DNA of 64,000 nucleotides from Phoronis australis. Taxonomy: Eukaryota; Animalia; Phoronida. Shown here piece after piece: positions 24,801 to 45,485 of this stretch (position 1 is its first letter; each line of letters starts with the position of its first letter). Both the position numbers and the translations under genes were made by a program. Under the pieces are notes generated by a model. That model did not search any database and was not told the origin of the DNA. It worked only from the letters and a program-made list of their open reading frames with translations. The stretch covers positions 62,001 to 126,000 of the forward strand of contig NMRA01000605.1 of NCBI GenBank assembly GCA_002633005.1. Reading direction: 5' to 3'.

Positions 24801-25250
24801 CTGACATAGGTATCAAAAGCGTAATTGATTCATCCATTATCTCCTGTCTGTTGGGACATGTGTATTTACTCTCTTGGTTCTATATTGCTCAACATTACAT
24901 CCTGATTACTGTTCGATTCACGTGATTATAAATTTGTCACTTCCAAACGTAGGCTTGTGCCTGTACTTGGATTTGAATTTTGGTCCTTGAACGGATATTT
25001 TCCAACTGTAAGCTCAGGATTACTCTGCAGAAAACTCCAGCATGGTATCAATGTCTTGAATATTGCAATGAGTGGAGGTAATGATTTGGACTTAGTGGTA
25101 AACATAACTTCGCGGTGTCATCTCTATTGTTTTGTCTCTTCCAACACCTCTGGTCCTTGTTCTATGTAGGTTTCTTTTTTCCAGACTGCTGAATTGGCGA
25201 TACAGTTCAAAGATGTGTTTGAAACGTGTCAGAAAAGTTTAACTGAGTGA
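880..25250 (+). CDS. RANBP2: RanBP2/Nup358-like nucleoporin (SUMO E3 ligase), copy A; multi-exon, 5' part lies upstream of the window
   Basis: Inferred GT-AG exons, in frame on each side of the gap: 880-952, 2112-2218, 4192-4356 (PSPERL plus coiled coil), 4764->4999 (Pro-rich, runs into the gap), 6119-6317, 7338-7717 (RanBD1), 8243-8486 and 9237-9419 (zinc fingers), 9965-10099, 10278-10343, 12197-12244 (FG-rich), optional 12649-12780 and 13446-13577, 15535-16229 plus 16977-17226 (FxF-rich plus RanBD2), 18123-18176, 20281-20334, 20859-21086 (IR-like), 21844-21942, 22736-22885, 23276-23398, 24079-24266, 25185-25250 (RanBD3, stop TGA). The RanBD + RanBP2-ZnF + FG + IR combination is diagnostic of Nup358. 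Confidence 0.92.
990..1240. repeat. Minisatellite, ~39-bp unit, ~6 degenerating copies
   Basis: TACACAAGGTGTTGTCACCCATCTTACTACCTAAATGA-type unit. Confidence 0.85.
1700..1985. repeat. Minisatellite, ~46-bp unit, ~6 copies
   Basis: CATTGATAGTACA(A/G)TTGAACAGCATTAC(A/T)GTGACC...TA unit; it accounts for the spurious ORF 1749-1940. Confidence 0.9.
5000..5680. other. Assembly gap inside a Pro-rich RanBP2 exon
   Basis: Run of N. Confidence 1.
7338..7717 (+). CDS. RANBP2: RanBP2 copy A exon: Ran-binding domain 1
   Basis: [52 protein letters not shown]...LLMRRDQILKLCLN...FCIRFKT, with the RanBP1-type WKERG motif; cag|GT acceptor and GAG|gtaatg donor. Confidence 0.93.
8243..8486 (+). CDS. RANBP2: RanBP2 copy A exon: RanBP2-type zinc finger 1
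   Basis: [25 protein letters not shown] matches W-x-C-x2-C-x3-N-x6-C-x2-C; canonical splice sites. Confidence 0.92.
9237..9419 (+). CDS. RANBP2: RanBP2 copy A exon: RanBP2-type zinc finger 2
   Basis: [25 protein letters not shown]; tandem TAGCAG acceptor; CAG|gtaagg donor. Confidence 0.92.
10487..12037. mobile_element. Non-autonomous DNA transposon with ~35-bp TIRs and 4-bp AAAT TSD (Sola-like)
   Basis: Left end AAAT|GTGACTCAGCACGACAAAATGAGTCTTAAGTCGGA; right end TCCTGATTTAAGACTCATTTTGTGGTGCTGGGTCAC|AAAT. A decayed acidic/Cys-containing ORF remnant lies at about 11028-11400. The AWWT-type TSD fits Sola1; the family call is tentative. Confidence 0.8.
12483..12662 (+). repeat. Tandem array of ~29-bp units spanning a 3' splice site; also at ~13280-13456, ~54490-54690, ~57215-57412 and ~57750-58010
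   Basis: Unit approximately ATTTTGTCACCCTCC(A/G)TAG|GTACATCTAT; the last unit supplies the inferred exon start. Confidence 0.8.
12649..12893 (+). other. FG-like linker plus degenerate zinc-finger module Z3 (probably only 12649-12780 is exonic)
   Basis: GTPIFGATASSSGFTFCPKP...[19 protein letters not shown]...CAAC. The second Cys is replaced by Gly and there is a +2 nt shift near the end. Internal donor GAGG|GTGAGT at 12780/12781. Confidence 0.6.
13446..13685 (+). other. FG-like linker plus degenerate zinc-finger module Z4 (probably only 13446-13577 is exonic)
   Basis: Paralog of 12649-12893. WECSFLIYN...CAGC lacks the second Cys because one codon is deleted. Internal GTGAGT donor at 13578. 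Confidence 0.6.
13697..14475. mobile_element. Interspersed repeat with a GTCC-type microsatellite and internal CTAGTGGC repeats (possible Helentron/HINE-like element); also at ~53480-54245 and ~56200-56970
   Basis: CpG-rich block inside CpG-poor intron. It begins TTTTTATGCGCCCAC, contains CCGTCCGTCCG and several CTAGTGGCA units, and ends near GTGGGCGC, the inverted match to its start. Classification is inference. Confidence 0.5.
14658..14893. mobile_element. 5' end of a TTAA-inserted element cut off by a contig join (N at 14894)
   Basis: GAGCTTAA|GGTAGGTG... at about 14650-14665. The empty site GAGCTTAAGGTGCTG is repeated at about 14980-14995 and is present in copy B (~53295-53310). Confidence 0.6.
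15535..17226 (+). CDS. RANBP2: RanBP2 copy A exons 15535-16229 and 16977-17226: FxF-rich spacer plus Ran-binding domain 2
   Basis: GFVFSG, GFNFSF and GFSFAS repeats, then [12 protein letters not shown]...GEEEE...RAKLFRYD...[13 protein letters not shown]...RVLMRREQ|VLKVCANH...WSWFAIDFAE...LACKFKT. Confidence 0.92.
19246..20205. mobile_element. Non-autonomous TTAA-targeting DNA transposon (Kolobok-like, GG...CC termini)
   Basis: TTAA|GGCTATCTCAAAATCTTATT ... AATAGGTTTTGAGATATCC|TTAA. Confidence 0.78.
20859..21086 (+). CDS. RANBP2: RanBP2 copy A exon: IR-like (SUMO E3/Ubc9-binding) segment with CPGCRGC motif
   Basis: [45 protein letters not shown] resembles the RanBP2 internal repeat (DVLIV...ALAxKLKLPPTFFCY). 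Confidence 0.82.
21960..22170. repeat. AT-rich minisatellite, ~34-bp unit (paralog at ~48750-48965)
   Basis: TTGATAATTTGTATAGAGTTGAAGTTGAAAATAC repeats. Confidence 0.85.
22736..25250 (+). CDS. RANBP2: RanBP2 copy A terminal exons (22736-22885, 23276-23398, 24079-24266, 25185-25250): last Ran-binding domain and stop
   Basis: [11 protein letters not shown]...[19 protein letters not shown]|EEDDEIMFRHRSKFFRFD...[13 protein letters not shown]|[18 protein letters not shown]...FAIKFK|TAELAIQFKDVFETCQKSLTE*. Confidence 0.9.
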
Positions 25251-27873
25251 ACAGTCATTGTGGTTACGCATCAGATGTACGGGTACACCCATCCTGTATC
25301 ATGTATTATGATTTAGTCTTCAAAATTGCACAATAAGACTTTCAGGTAAACTGAGTAAATTCCACAAATTCAACCTTTTGACATCCTTATCATCTATGTG
25401 ACTACTATGTGGGGAAAAAAAGTGTTGCATCTTTTTACCAGTCGCGAGCAGTTTGAACACATATGTTATGCTTCAGTTTCACAACTCTTCTTGATTTGAA
25501 ACGAGAAACAAGCTGTTTATTGTTCATTACTTAGTTCCATTTCTGGATGGTCTATTTTATAACATTCTGTTAGGTATTAGTGGTACTTTACAAGTTAGAA
25601 GGGAATTCTACCTTTGATGAGGACGTTTTGGCCTTTCAGGATATTTGACTTTCTTTAAAATGTATTTGGAACATCATTTTCTATCAAAATGTCGTCAAAA
25701 AAATAACAGTTTCTCACACCAAAATTTCATGGGGTGAGCAAGAACTGAAAATTTCAGCCAGTCCGATTATATGTTTTCTTGCTTTTCCTTTCTAATAATT
25801 TTGCCCAGTGGCTGTAACGTCTGTCCCTGGCTTCTGCACGTAACAATCTGCCATTTGACTCTAGTAATGATGATATCAGAATCAGGTAACTAAACTTTAG
25901 CAATGATGTCAGAGGCAGGCAATGAAACTTAATACAACAGTGGTTGTTACTTCTTTATTTAGTTTCTACAAAAGTTGACTAAAAAGTTCCAAGTATCTTT
26001 CATATTGCCAAAAAATGGCTTCAAAAAGGTAACAATTTCCTATATGATGCAATAAAGCTGTGGATGTCGCCACTGCAGACCTCCGATTCAGCCGTAGTAG
26101 CGTTGTTTCAGAGTCTAGAAGTTTCAGAAAGCTCAGCTAAGTTGTACTTTTATGAAAATTTAGCGTTTTTAATTTGGATAACCCAGTTATGACTTTGTAT
26201 TAGCTCAACATTATGTTGTTTATTGTTGTAACAAAACAGTTGTGATATTTCCCTTTACGAACCTTTTTTAATTATGAAGGGTAATTTGAAAAGTAATCAA
26301 CACCTCTAGCACAATTGTATTAAACAGGTCGACATTGCTTCATTTTTTTCTTGTATGAACTTTGCCTTGTAAAAACAATAATTTTTGTTGACCGAATTTT
26401 TTCGTAATTCTTGTAAAGCAATATTGAGTTTTGTTTTGTGAAATAAACGTATTCTCAAGCTCATGTGGTGTTTTGCTATTCTTTGTGCAGTAAGTCCAGC
26501 TGACCACAAGGGGATCTTTGTGTAAATAACATTTCTCCCTCAGGAAATTGTCCTCCCTGTCCTGTAACAATTGTGAAGAAACTGCCCAACTGACCATTAC
26601 AAATGACTACCCTTGGTGTCTTGCTTTGTTAGTCTACACTGTTGTGCCACCATGATAGTAGATATAAACATCTGAAATTATGCAAAATCCATTTTCTTAT
26701 GCCCTCATTTTGGTTGATATGAATTCCTAACAGGCAATCTAACAATAAATGACTATTAGTCTGATCATTATTCATGGAAAACCTATTTTCATGAGTTATT
26801 GTTGCGTAGTGATTGGAGAAATAAATCATGACCATTGATATTGAACCTTGTATAAAAATGTCAACTATTCATGTGAATTCTTGTCGAAGATTTGTACCAG
26901 ATATGGTATCGCAATTTGTAGAAATGGCTTTTAATGAACTATAATCAAATTGCCTGTTGTTGTTGATATTAAAGTTTGTCTCAAAGAATTTGTGGATTCG
27001 TCAACATGAATATTTAATCCTCGACATTTCAAAATATCAGTTGCTGGTAATTGTCATGGTTGACCGCGGTACAGTTGATACGAAATTAATAATTGTTTTT
27101 TAAACCCAAAACATCGATTTTATTCCTGCAAGGCTTGAAGTGTTTGTACGCAACACTCAGAGCCACGTGTGACGTCTGAAACCACTTGTGTTCATTATGG
27201 CATAATTGACATTTAACAGCAGTACACCTCTTTAGTTTTATATGGTGCAAGTCGAGACTTGGTAATTTTTAAACTAACGTCTTTTTGGTTAGTTTTTATT
27301 TTTCTCTCTCGGTTTATGTCCGCCGGAACATGGCACTTCGTATTCTGGCGACCTCATCGGTTCCAGAGGTCTCTTATTAACTTGCCGAAAACGAAGGTGG
27401 TGACCATTTATAACGTTAACCAACCCCGCGTTGGTTTCAATAGGTAAATATCTTGATGGTTTGAATTGGCACTAAATCTGTATCACTTGAAGAATATAAT
27501 GCGAGATTCAATACCGACTAGTCTCTCAACTTGGCCGGTCCGGCGTGTTGAAGTTCCCATTTTCCAGTTACCAAGGTATTGGACATTGAACATTATAAAT
27601 TAAATAAAAAGACTTCACAGCAAACCACTGAAGGTTTGTGACGTCAGCTCCATTATGCCATCAGTTTCATTCTGATGTGACGTTGTCCACATGGATACCA
27701 ATCATTGCCAGCCAGTTTTCTTACAAGAGCAGTGAAGAACAGGTTTTATGTAGTTGTTGATACTTAACTAATTCACAAGATCAGCAGTAAAACTTCAGGC
27801 TAGTTGTAAGAAAGTCAATTGTTTCGGCTTACAGCAGGATTTTGTGTGCTATTCAACCACGCGAACCCAGACA

Positions 27874-30501
27874 ATGCACATGTGGCCGACTTTTGGAGAA
27901 CATTTCAGAGCATTGACACGAGATTACCAGGGGTCGTTTGAGGACCAAGTTGTCACGTTTTTTAATGTTACTGGAATTGTCGGTGACATGATGCAAAATG
28001 TTCGACTAGCGATTAAGGATTTTCTCTTCACCAAAGAAGAGCTCAACGTCTTGCAGTATCGTGAATTTCAATTGGACGTTATTTTTCTTCAACTGCTGGC
28101 AGTTGCTGGCTTGTTGATGGTGTCGACTTGTCTTGTGCTCTTGGTGTGTTTAATTTGGAAAGTGATTCACAAAATTACCCCTCCAAAGGTGAATACCACC
28201 GGCACAGTGCGAGAGCAGACAAAGGAGACTGAAGAGAGAGCAGGCGATAATGTTTATTTTGGTGAGTTCATGCTTTTTACGCCAAATCGCGTTATTCTAC
28301 CCACTTCTTAGGAAAACTACAGTCGACTACTGTTGTTTTGACACTGATAACTTAGGTGTTAAACCATACACAAAATATATGAATAAGACCAGACGGTGAA
28401 TTCCATTTACCCCATGATGCGCCCTTCGTCAGCGGTGGTAGGTAGAATTGTAAAAAAACTAGTATCATAACACTAATAATTAATGTGAGAACAAAACGCG
28501 TAAAAAAAAATTAGCAAAAGGCATGCGTTCCGTAGACGCGGTAACCTTGCAGTTGCAAAACGTCGTACTCATCGGGGAGGAATCGCACAAGCGAAACAGG
28601 AGGCCCCCTTTAGTTTCAAGCGCGAGGTTCTCGCGTCAACGAAACTCGGTCCTGGCAAACAACTTCCAAAGCAAGAAAACAAAAAAGACCCAAGACACAT
28701 AACTGACGTAAATTTCTTCTGAATAAAGTGAGCAATTGGGCCTGCTAGTGTATTCACTAATTATTACCGGATGCAGTTTATGTTTTACAAGGTCAATGGA
28801 GTGAGGCGAACGACAACTGCCACAACAGTAACGGTCTGTTGATCTTTGAAGATAAACAGATTGGAAGTGGAGAAGGATCAAGGGTACGCTCTGTGCAGGA
28901 TGACTTTGCCGTGCAAGAGGATAGCGACGCGCCCATTATCATGACCAACGGCTTGCGCGAAGTCGATAGTGATGACGATACTGCTAACGATTACGACGTA
29001 ACTGCGAGAGATGACGTTGTGACCTATGCTGCTGAAGATAAACCGCCAGAAAACGAAACGCCAAATTCATTAGAAACGAACGTGGACGACGCAACTGCAT
29101 TTGGAGAGGAAGTGCTCAGTGTGAACTATGCTGGTGAATTAAGGAATCCTGAGGCCACGGAAGTCCACGATCAAGGAAACGACGAGAGAGATGCTGGTGA
29201 TTATGATGACGTAGCGACTGAGGATTTCAATAACGACTGTCTACAAAACGTAGAGTGTGAGGTGTCTAGCATTACGATGACGTACAAAATCAACCAACGA
29301 AAGCGAGTTAGTGAAAAACAGCGAGAACTTGACATATGCTCTCGTGTTTCAATACCAACTCCTAACGGATCCGGGGAAAACGCGAGGCACGTTATTAATC
29401 GTGACGTCCCGTACGGATGTCCCGAAGGTCATGTTAGCCAAGCAGAGAACTGTTGGGCGCTGGGAACTCTCAGAAGAAGTGCGACACGAAGCATTAGTGG
29501 TCAATACGTAGAGATTCCTATCATAGGCAGCTTCAGTGCCAGCCCAAGGCGTAAAAAGCCACGATGCTCCAAATACGTGTTCGTGTCACCAGATTGCAAA
29601 TCAAACACGCAGCCCAATTTCTTAGAGTCGTTGGAGCGCTACAACAGGAAAAAACACACTGGCGATTCCAAGGACACCGCTGGTAAGGTTAATAATTCAA
29701 ACCACTATGAGCTAACAGTACAAAGCGACTAGTATAGAAGTCTGTTATATTGCAGTGAACAGACTCGATCGCGAAAACGCCATGTTGTTTAACAAGGACA
29801 GTTTTGCAAGTGCTCGCTCCATCGTGATCACACCCGCCTTTAGTGTATTCACATTCCCAAGCTCAAATCTAAAATATATACTGGGTAAAAAGTGACCTAA
29901 GCACAACTACAATTGAAGCTCTAGAATTTAATCTCTGAGCTCAAACCCAAAATTATTTTTAAAATTTCTACCTACGTGTAAACATAAACTTGCCAGAGTT
30001 GTCAGATTTATTCAAACAAACATACACATTATGAACATGAGAAGCAATTGAAAAAGCGAGTTATTCTTTATTGTCCCATCGAAGTGCGGCTACACCATAT
30101 AATAGTAGAAGGTGGTGACGCATCCAATGAATGTCCCCTACAAGTGAGAAAAACATAACGGGATATTGCTTTTTGAATTAATAAAAAATTACCATTGCTT
30201 GTGAACGCACCATTAAATCCTGCAAAAAGTCAAGTTGCCATTACACTTTTCAGGTGGCAAACCAGTAAACTTGATTAAAGGCATTTTGAAGAAATCGAAG
30301 AGAATGCGTGGTGACTATGCAAGGCAGAAAACCATGGACACAGTCAGTCCTTGTTCTCTGAAAGAATCCATCGAAGACTTTTCCCATATACGGAAGACGG
30401 TCTCACCTCGCATGTCACCCGGCATGTCACCCAAGTTAATTAGCATAAAGACACGAGATGTCTGTTTGAAGGCATTTGACAAGTCGCCCCTTTTTATATA
30501 A
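27874..30501 (+). CDS. Uncharacterised 508-aa predicted single-pass membrane protein (exons 27874-28261, 28792-29682, 30254-30501)
   Basis: Three long ORFs join in frame through phase-1 GT-AG introns (TTTG|gtgagt...caag|GT; GCTG|gtaagg...tcag|GT), giving 1527 nt. Hydrophobic segment LLAVAGLLMVSTCLVLLVCLIW, long acidic region, basic C-terminus. No family recognised. Confidence 0.72.
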
Positions 30502-31622
30502 AGCGAAAAAAGATTAGCCATGATGAAAATGGATTTTACCAACTAGTACCATTTAGAAGATTATGGCATTATTTGTCATAATGTACAATACACAAAATAG
30601 TTCACCTATCTGAAGATATCATCTTTTTGAATATTGATATACAACCAATAAGGATGGTAAATAAAACTTCAAAGTAATTATAAAATAACAAATGTTTTAA
30701 TTCTATAGATAACTACTACATATTAGTCAATGAACATGAAAGTTCAATAAATGAACTCCACAGTGAAGAAATATTCATTAAAAATTAACAAAATTTGGCA
30801 TCTTTGAAAAATAATCCTTCCACCATTCCTACCAGTAATCATTATTTTTTGTTAAAAATTCCAGGGTTAAATAAAAAATTCTGATATTTCAACCATCTGT
30901 AAATTGTATGCAAAACCAATTCAAATCTTCTGTTATACAAATCAATATATTGCTACATGTATATAAGAACTACCCCCACATGAATGCTTGGACATTTCAT
31001 GAAAACATCGCAAAACTAAGACACTGTTTTCAGACCTTTAGAAAACTAAAAGACTTTCATCAATCCAGAGCTATCACTAACTATAGGTATTTGCATTTCT
31101 ACCGACAATTGTTAAAAAGTGGAGGTCAAAGCTGTTCAACTGTGGTGACTTTTTTGCTAGAGTCACATCAGAATATCAACATTATTTTGAAAATTAAATA
31201 CATAACCCCACCCGTTATATGTAGAAAGAGCATCACAACTAACCTGCACACAACTTGTAATTGGAATTGACATGCTAAGAAACAGTTATTACCCTCACTA
31301 AGTGACCAAGTGAATAGACTCACTCTACTGATGACTACAGCCCCCCTAGTGAGTCTGGAATGTAGATACTGAGAACCAGTTTAAAGAGGATATTTAAGCA
31401 TGCTGACTTACAATTGCTGAGGAACAGAACTCATCTCACAGATGGAATAACCCACTTGAAAATGTTGCACTAACTATAACTACACAACTTGTACAAGTAA
31501 GGTAAACCTGTATCATCACAATATTACACCGTCCACCCAAATAAGCTGCAACATATAGACTTTCAATATCTTACCAACACAATATCACAATGAGGTAGGT
31601 CCTGCTAATCTAACACGCTGAT

Positions 31623-41092
<9,470 letters not shown>

Positions 41093-42341
41093 TTAGAAAA
41101 CACCCGGCGCTTGTCAGTCAGCTGAGCGACCGACTGTCACTGACTGCCTAGGTAATCCGTATCAGCAAAGATACTATATAATCTTTGGTATCAGTATGGG
41201 TGAGCACTCGCCATGTATGCCTGGGAGACTGTGAATCAAAAGTACCGAAAGCTTGTTCCATAACAGATCTCATGTTCACTATACTGCATACGTTCCATGA
41301 CAACAGTAAATAGTAATCATGAGTAGACTATCGGGCCGTTTGGTCCCGCCCACGCATAGGCCAAGCCAGTGGGTCGGCCCCTCCAGCACTCAGGGTGACT
41401 CGTCAGTCCTCACTTTTAGAGTTCACTCAGAAAGGGACATCCAAATATGTGGCCTCAGTCGTTTATCACTGGGCCTATATTTAAGCAGCGGTGGCATTTT
41501 GGAGGTTCGATATATAGAACGCGCTTTTACAGTTAGTGTCCGCTGGCATCATATCAGGCGAACAGCTGAGATGAACAGGGTCTACGAGCCCAGCGAATTC
41601 AAAGGTCATAGTTCGTCAAGTTGACGGCATCCCAGTCAACAGAATGGATTTCAAGTGCCTAGGGCTTGCCAGGGTTATTTAAAAATAATAGAGTAGGCCT
41701 ACAATCCACGGCCCTCGCATTGTGCTGAAATTTAAATTCTTTGAGTTTTTTTCTTTCGTTACTTGACAATTCAATCAGGCCTAGCGTGATCATCACTACT
41801 ACTGATGTCGGCGTCAATTTTTGGGTGCAGCTCTTTTCATTTATTATCAAAATGCTTTCAGAAAATTTTGCGTGATTCCATCTCGTCGACCAAACTCGGC
41901 ATATTTCACGGCATTTTGTATTGTGCCAATAGGCTGCAGTAAGTTGTATAAAGATCCGAGTTGCGTGTGGAAGTGACGACTTTACAGCACTGATTAAACA
42001 CTGGTTGAAATGAATGACAGTATAGTTCACTTAGACTATTGTTTCTTTTTAATTGTTCGGCTACTGAAATTGAATCGTTCGTGGCTCACTAGATAATTTT
42101 CCCGAAACGGAACTTACATGTATACCATAAAAATTAGCCAAAACGTGGAAAATCGTTTCGTAGTGACCTGTATTTCAATCGGTATGGGCTTATTCACTTC
42201 AGGTCAAGAAAACTGGATTCCTGAACCATTACCTTTTGTGACAGTTTTCATCCTATCATTTTGGCTAAGCATTTTTTTAGTTTCCAATTGGAATGAAACC
42301 TAAACAGAATCAAAAATGACACATGCCGACTGATATGATGA

Positions 42342-42765
42342 GCCGTTGGGGGGAAAGTATCGCCGTAAAATTTCGTGCGTAAATTAATCATTATTAGGCC
42401 TAGTGGCGTAAATAAATTACTTGCGGCGTTATTTTTTTGCTGCGTAAAGTAATTAATTACGGCGCAAAATAATTACGTATAGTTACTTTCGGCTTAATGT
42501 AATTACACTACGCCGCAATGACTTACTTTACGCCATTAAATTACGTGCGTAAGTTAATTCTTGTTAGAAGCGTAAAGTAATTATTTAGAGGCGTAAATTA
42601 ATTATTTGCGACGTGAATTGTATTTGCGGCGTAAAGTAATTATGTACCACTTGAAGTAATTAGTTGCGGCGTACTTTGACAGCGTAAAGTAATTATTTGT
42701 GGCGTAATTTAACGGCGTAAATTATTTGCGGCGTAATTATTCGGCGACACTTTTCTCTCAACGGC
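42342..42765. mobile_element. MITE-like element with ~30-bp TIRs and an internal degenerate GCGTAAAGTAATTA array
   Basis: GCCGTTGGGGGGAAAGTATCGCCGTAAAAT ... ATTATTCGGCGACACTTTTCTCTCAACGGC; no clear TSD. Confidence 0.7.
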
Positions 42766-43895
42766 CATTCAAAGACTGAAGGCTAAGCCATTCTGTCGCG
42801 CACAACACTGAGGTTTGCACTAACGAACTTATAAGGGATATATATACCAAAGAAAATTACTAAATTCTTATAGACGGCGATTACGTGGCGGTTACTTCAT
42901 TGCGAGATGCATAAAAGTCGATTGCAAAATCGTTTTCTATTGCAAGTTATACATGGGAGCGCATAATGGGTTCATTATTTCCAATGTCTAATAAATAACA
43001 ATTCTAATTTCATCTTAATTACTTTGAAGTTGTTCATATTTTTCAAACAGTGCTCAATGTAACTTCAAAAATGACACCTAAGCCTATAGCTTTAGTGGCC
43101 AACTAAAGGAATCCTCCCACAACAAATTGATTGATCCGTCTCATTCTCACAACCAATCACAGAAACAAAAATGGGAGTTTGGGGGTATTCCATAGACTAC
43201 TACTGCAATGAACGCATCATCCTGCTGAACTAAAAGACAAGGGCCTTACCCCGGACTTTTCAAAGAATGGTTTTGCTCGCAGCATACTTTTCACTTACTT
43301 TTTCGAAAGTTGTTCTCGTGGCACTTTGCCCGAGAAGATGGCAAAGTGAGAAAGGTTACCTCATAAAAATTGAGGTTATCTGTCCGAACCCTGCAGGCCA
43401 GGGTACAAAACTGGAGAGCCACAGAGCACAACATTTGAGGAGGTGCCCATCTTTTGATTAGTCAAAGGACACTTATAAATGTGATACAACACAACCAGTT
43501 AATATGCTGACAATTCATGTGGCTGTACTATTCCTTCCCAATTCTTTGTTTTTTTAATATCTTTTTTGAAAACATATTACAAACTTTCACACAAACAACT
43601 CCCACATTACTTTCAAAACAATTTTATTTGCTATTACAACCAAAACAACAGACCATTAGAAATTATCATTTGCCAGATCTCTCAGGAAACTTCATTGTTA
43701 CTTATCACAGCTACGAGCTTATACTCAAGACTTCATGTAACAAATCAATCATGACAACTCACTTTTTACGTTTTCATGTTCCTAAAATAGCCAATGAAAA
43801 TAAAGTACCATCTTCAGATCTAGATCAGATTAACACCCAATGAGTTGCTGGACTTTCAAGGTATTACAGGAACCAAAATTTAGAAACTTACATAC

Positions 43896-44094
43896 CATGT
43901 GCGCACACAGGGGGGGGGGGGGGGGGGAAAAGGGGNGTCCGCCTCAGAGAAACAAAAACGAGACAATAGTCCACAGGAATTCGGAATGCGCAATTCATAG
44001 GTCTGAACGTAGTACCCGTTTTTTAGTCTCCATAAAAGTTCCACATACTGAAAAATTCAAGCACCCCCTAAATTTAAGGCTGGGTGCGCACATG
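43896..44094. mobile_element. ~200-bp MITE with 11-bp TIR, 5-bp CATAC TSD and internal poly-G
   Basis: CATAC|CATGTGCGCAC ... GTGCGCACATG|CATAC. Confidence 0.7.
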
Positions 44095-45485
44095 CATACT
44101 ATGCAATGGCTCAAGCTGCTTCTCCTGCAATTATGTCCATCCTGAATATCCATGTACAAATTACACTATTACACAGAAACACTATTAATTTTTGGACACA
44201 GCGACACATGCACACATTGTACAAATGTAGTTATTGCCTACACACACTCAACATTACTAGTTCTAATCTGTTTATATACATATATTACATATATGTTATA
44301 TACAGTGTTTTTTAATGTATTTTACTTATTGTTATATAAGTTAAACTTATTTTCAGTCATTCTTATCAATGACCAATGACAAATCATCAAAACATTAGGT
44401 TGTAACAGGACAGGGAGGACAATTTCTCGAGAAAGAAATGTTATTTACCAAAAATGCCTCATGTGTTCAGCACAAGGAGTAGCAAAACATCACATGTGCT
44501 CGAGAATACGTTTATGTAACAAAAACAAAACTCAATATCGATTAGCAGGAGTTATGAAAAATGTCAGGAAACAAAAAACCTAAAATAATTTCACAAGCCA
44601 AAGTTCATGCCAGCAAAAACTTAAAGCTAATACAGCAATATTGACTTGTTGAATACAACTGTGCTAGAGGTCTATATTCAAATTAAGCTTCATAATTAAA
44701 AATATGTTTTCAGCTGATACAAAGTCATAATTGCGTTATCCAAATTAAAAACACAAGTTTTCATAAAAACACAGCTTTGCTGTTTTCTTCAAAATTCAAC
44801 AGACACTGAAACAATACGAATGTGCCTGAATGTGAGGTCAGCAGTGATGACATCCACAACCCCACTGCAACATAAAGGGGATTCGTACCTTTTTGAAGCC
44901 ATTTTGGGGCAATTGGGCATATTTCACTTACAATGAAAGATACCTTTCTGTCAATTTTTATAGAAACAAAAATTTAATTGTTTCTATAAAAATTGCAAAA
45001 AGATTTCACAATCGTTGTGGTAGTAAGTTTTGTTACCTGCTTAAGACATCATTCTCACTCAAAGTCAAATGGGAGATTGTTATGTGCAGTGGCCAGGATA
45101 GAAAATTGACCAGTATTGCACAAAGTTATTAGAACAAAAAAGCAAGAAAGCACAGCATACTCGGGTTGGCTGAAATTTTTGGGTCTTGCTCACTCTGTGA
45201 ACTTTTGGTGTGAGAAACTGAAATCATTTATTGATGTCATTTTTATAGAAAATGACTGAGGAGGCTCAAAATACCTTTTAAAGTAAGTAAAACATCCTGA
45301 AATGGGTTGTCAACCTGAAGCATAACAGTTTGCGACTTGTAAAAACATGCAACAATGCTTTCTACACAAGATACAGTCACACAGATGAAAAAGATGCCAG
45401 AAAGTTGTATTACTGCAATTTATTCATACCTGAATGACGTTTTATTGAGCAATTTTGACAACTACACCATAATACAAACTACACC

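Noticed and set aside
41319-41624. 101-aa ORF divergent from GSR
   Set aside because: No recognisable motif or convincing splice structure; likely a chance ORF in a GC-richer promoter region. A divergent non-coding transcript cannot be excluded.
43910-43936. Poly-G tract as a G-quadruplex regulatory element
   Set aside because: It lies inside a small MITE and next to an ambiguous base, so its length is unreliable.
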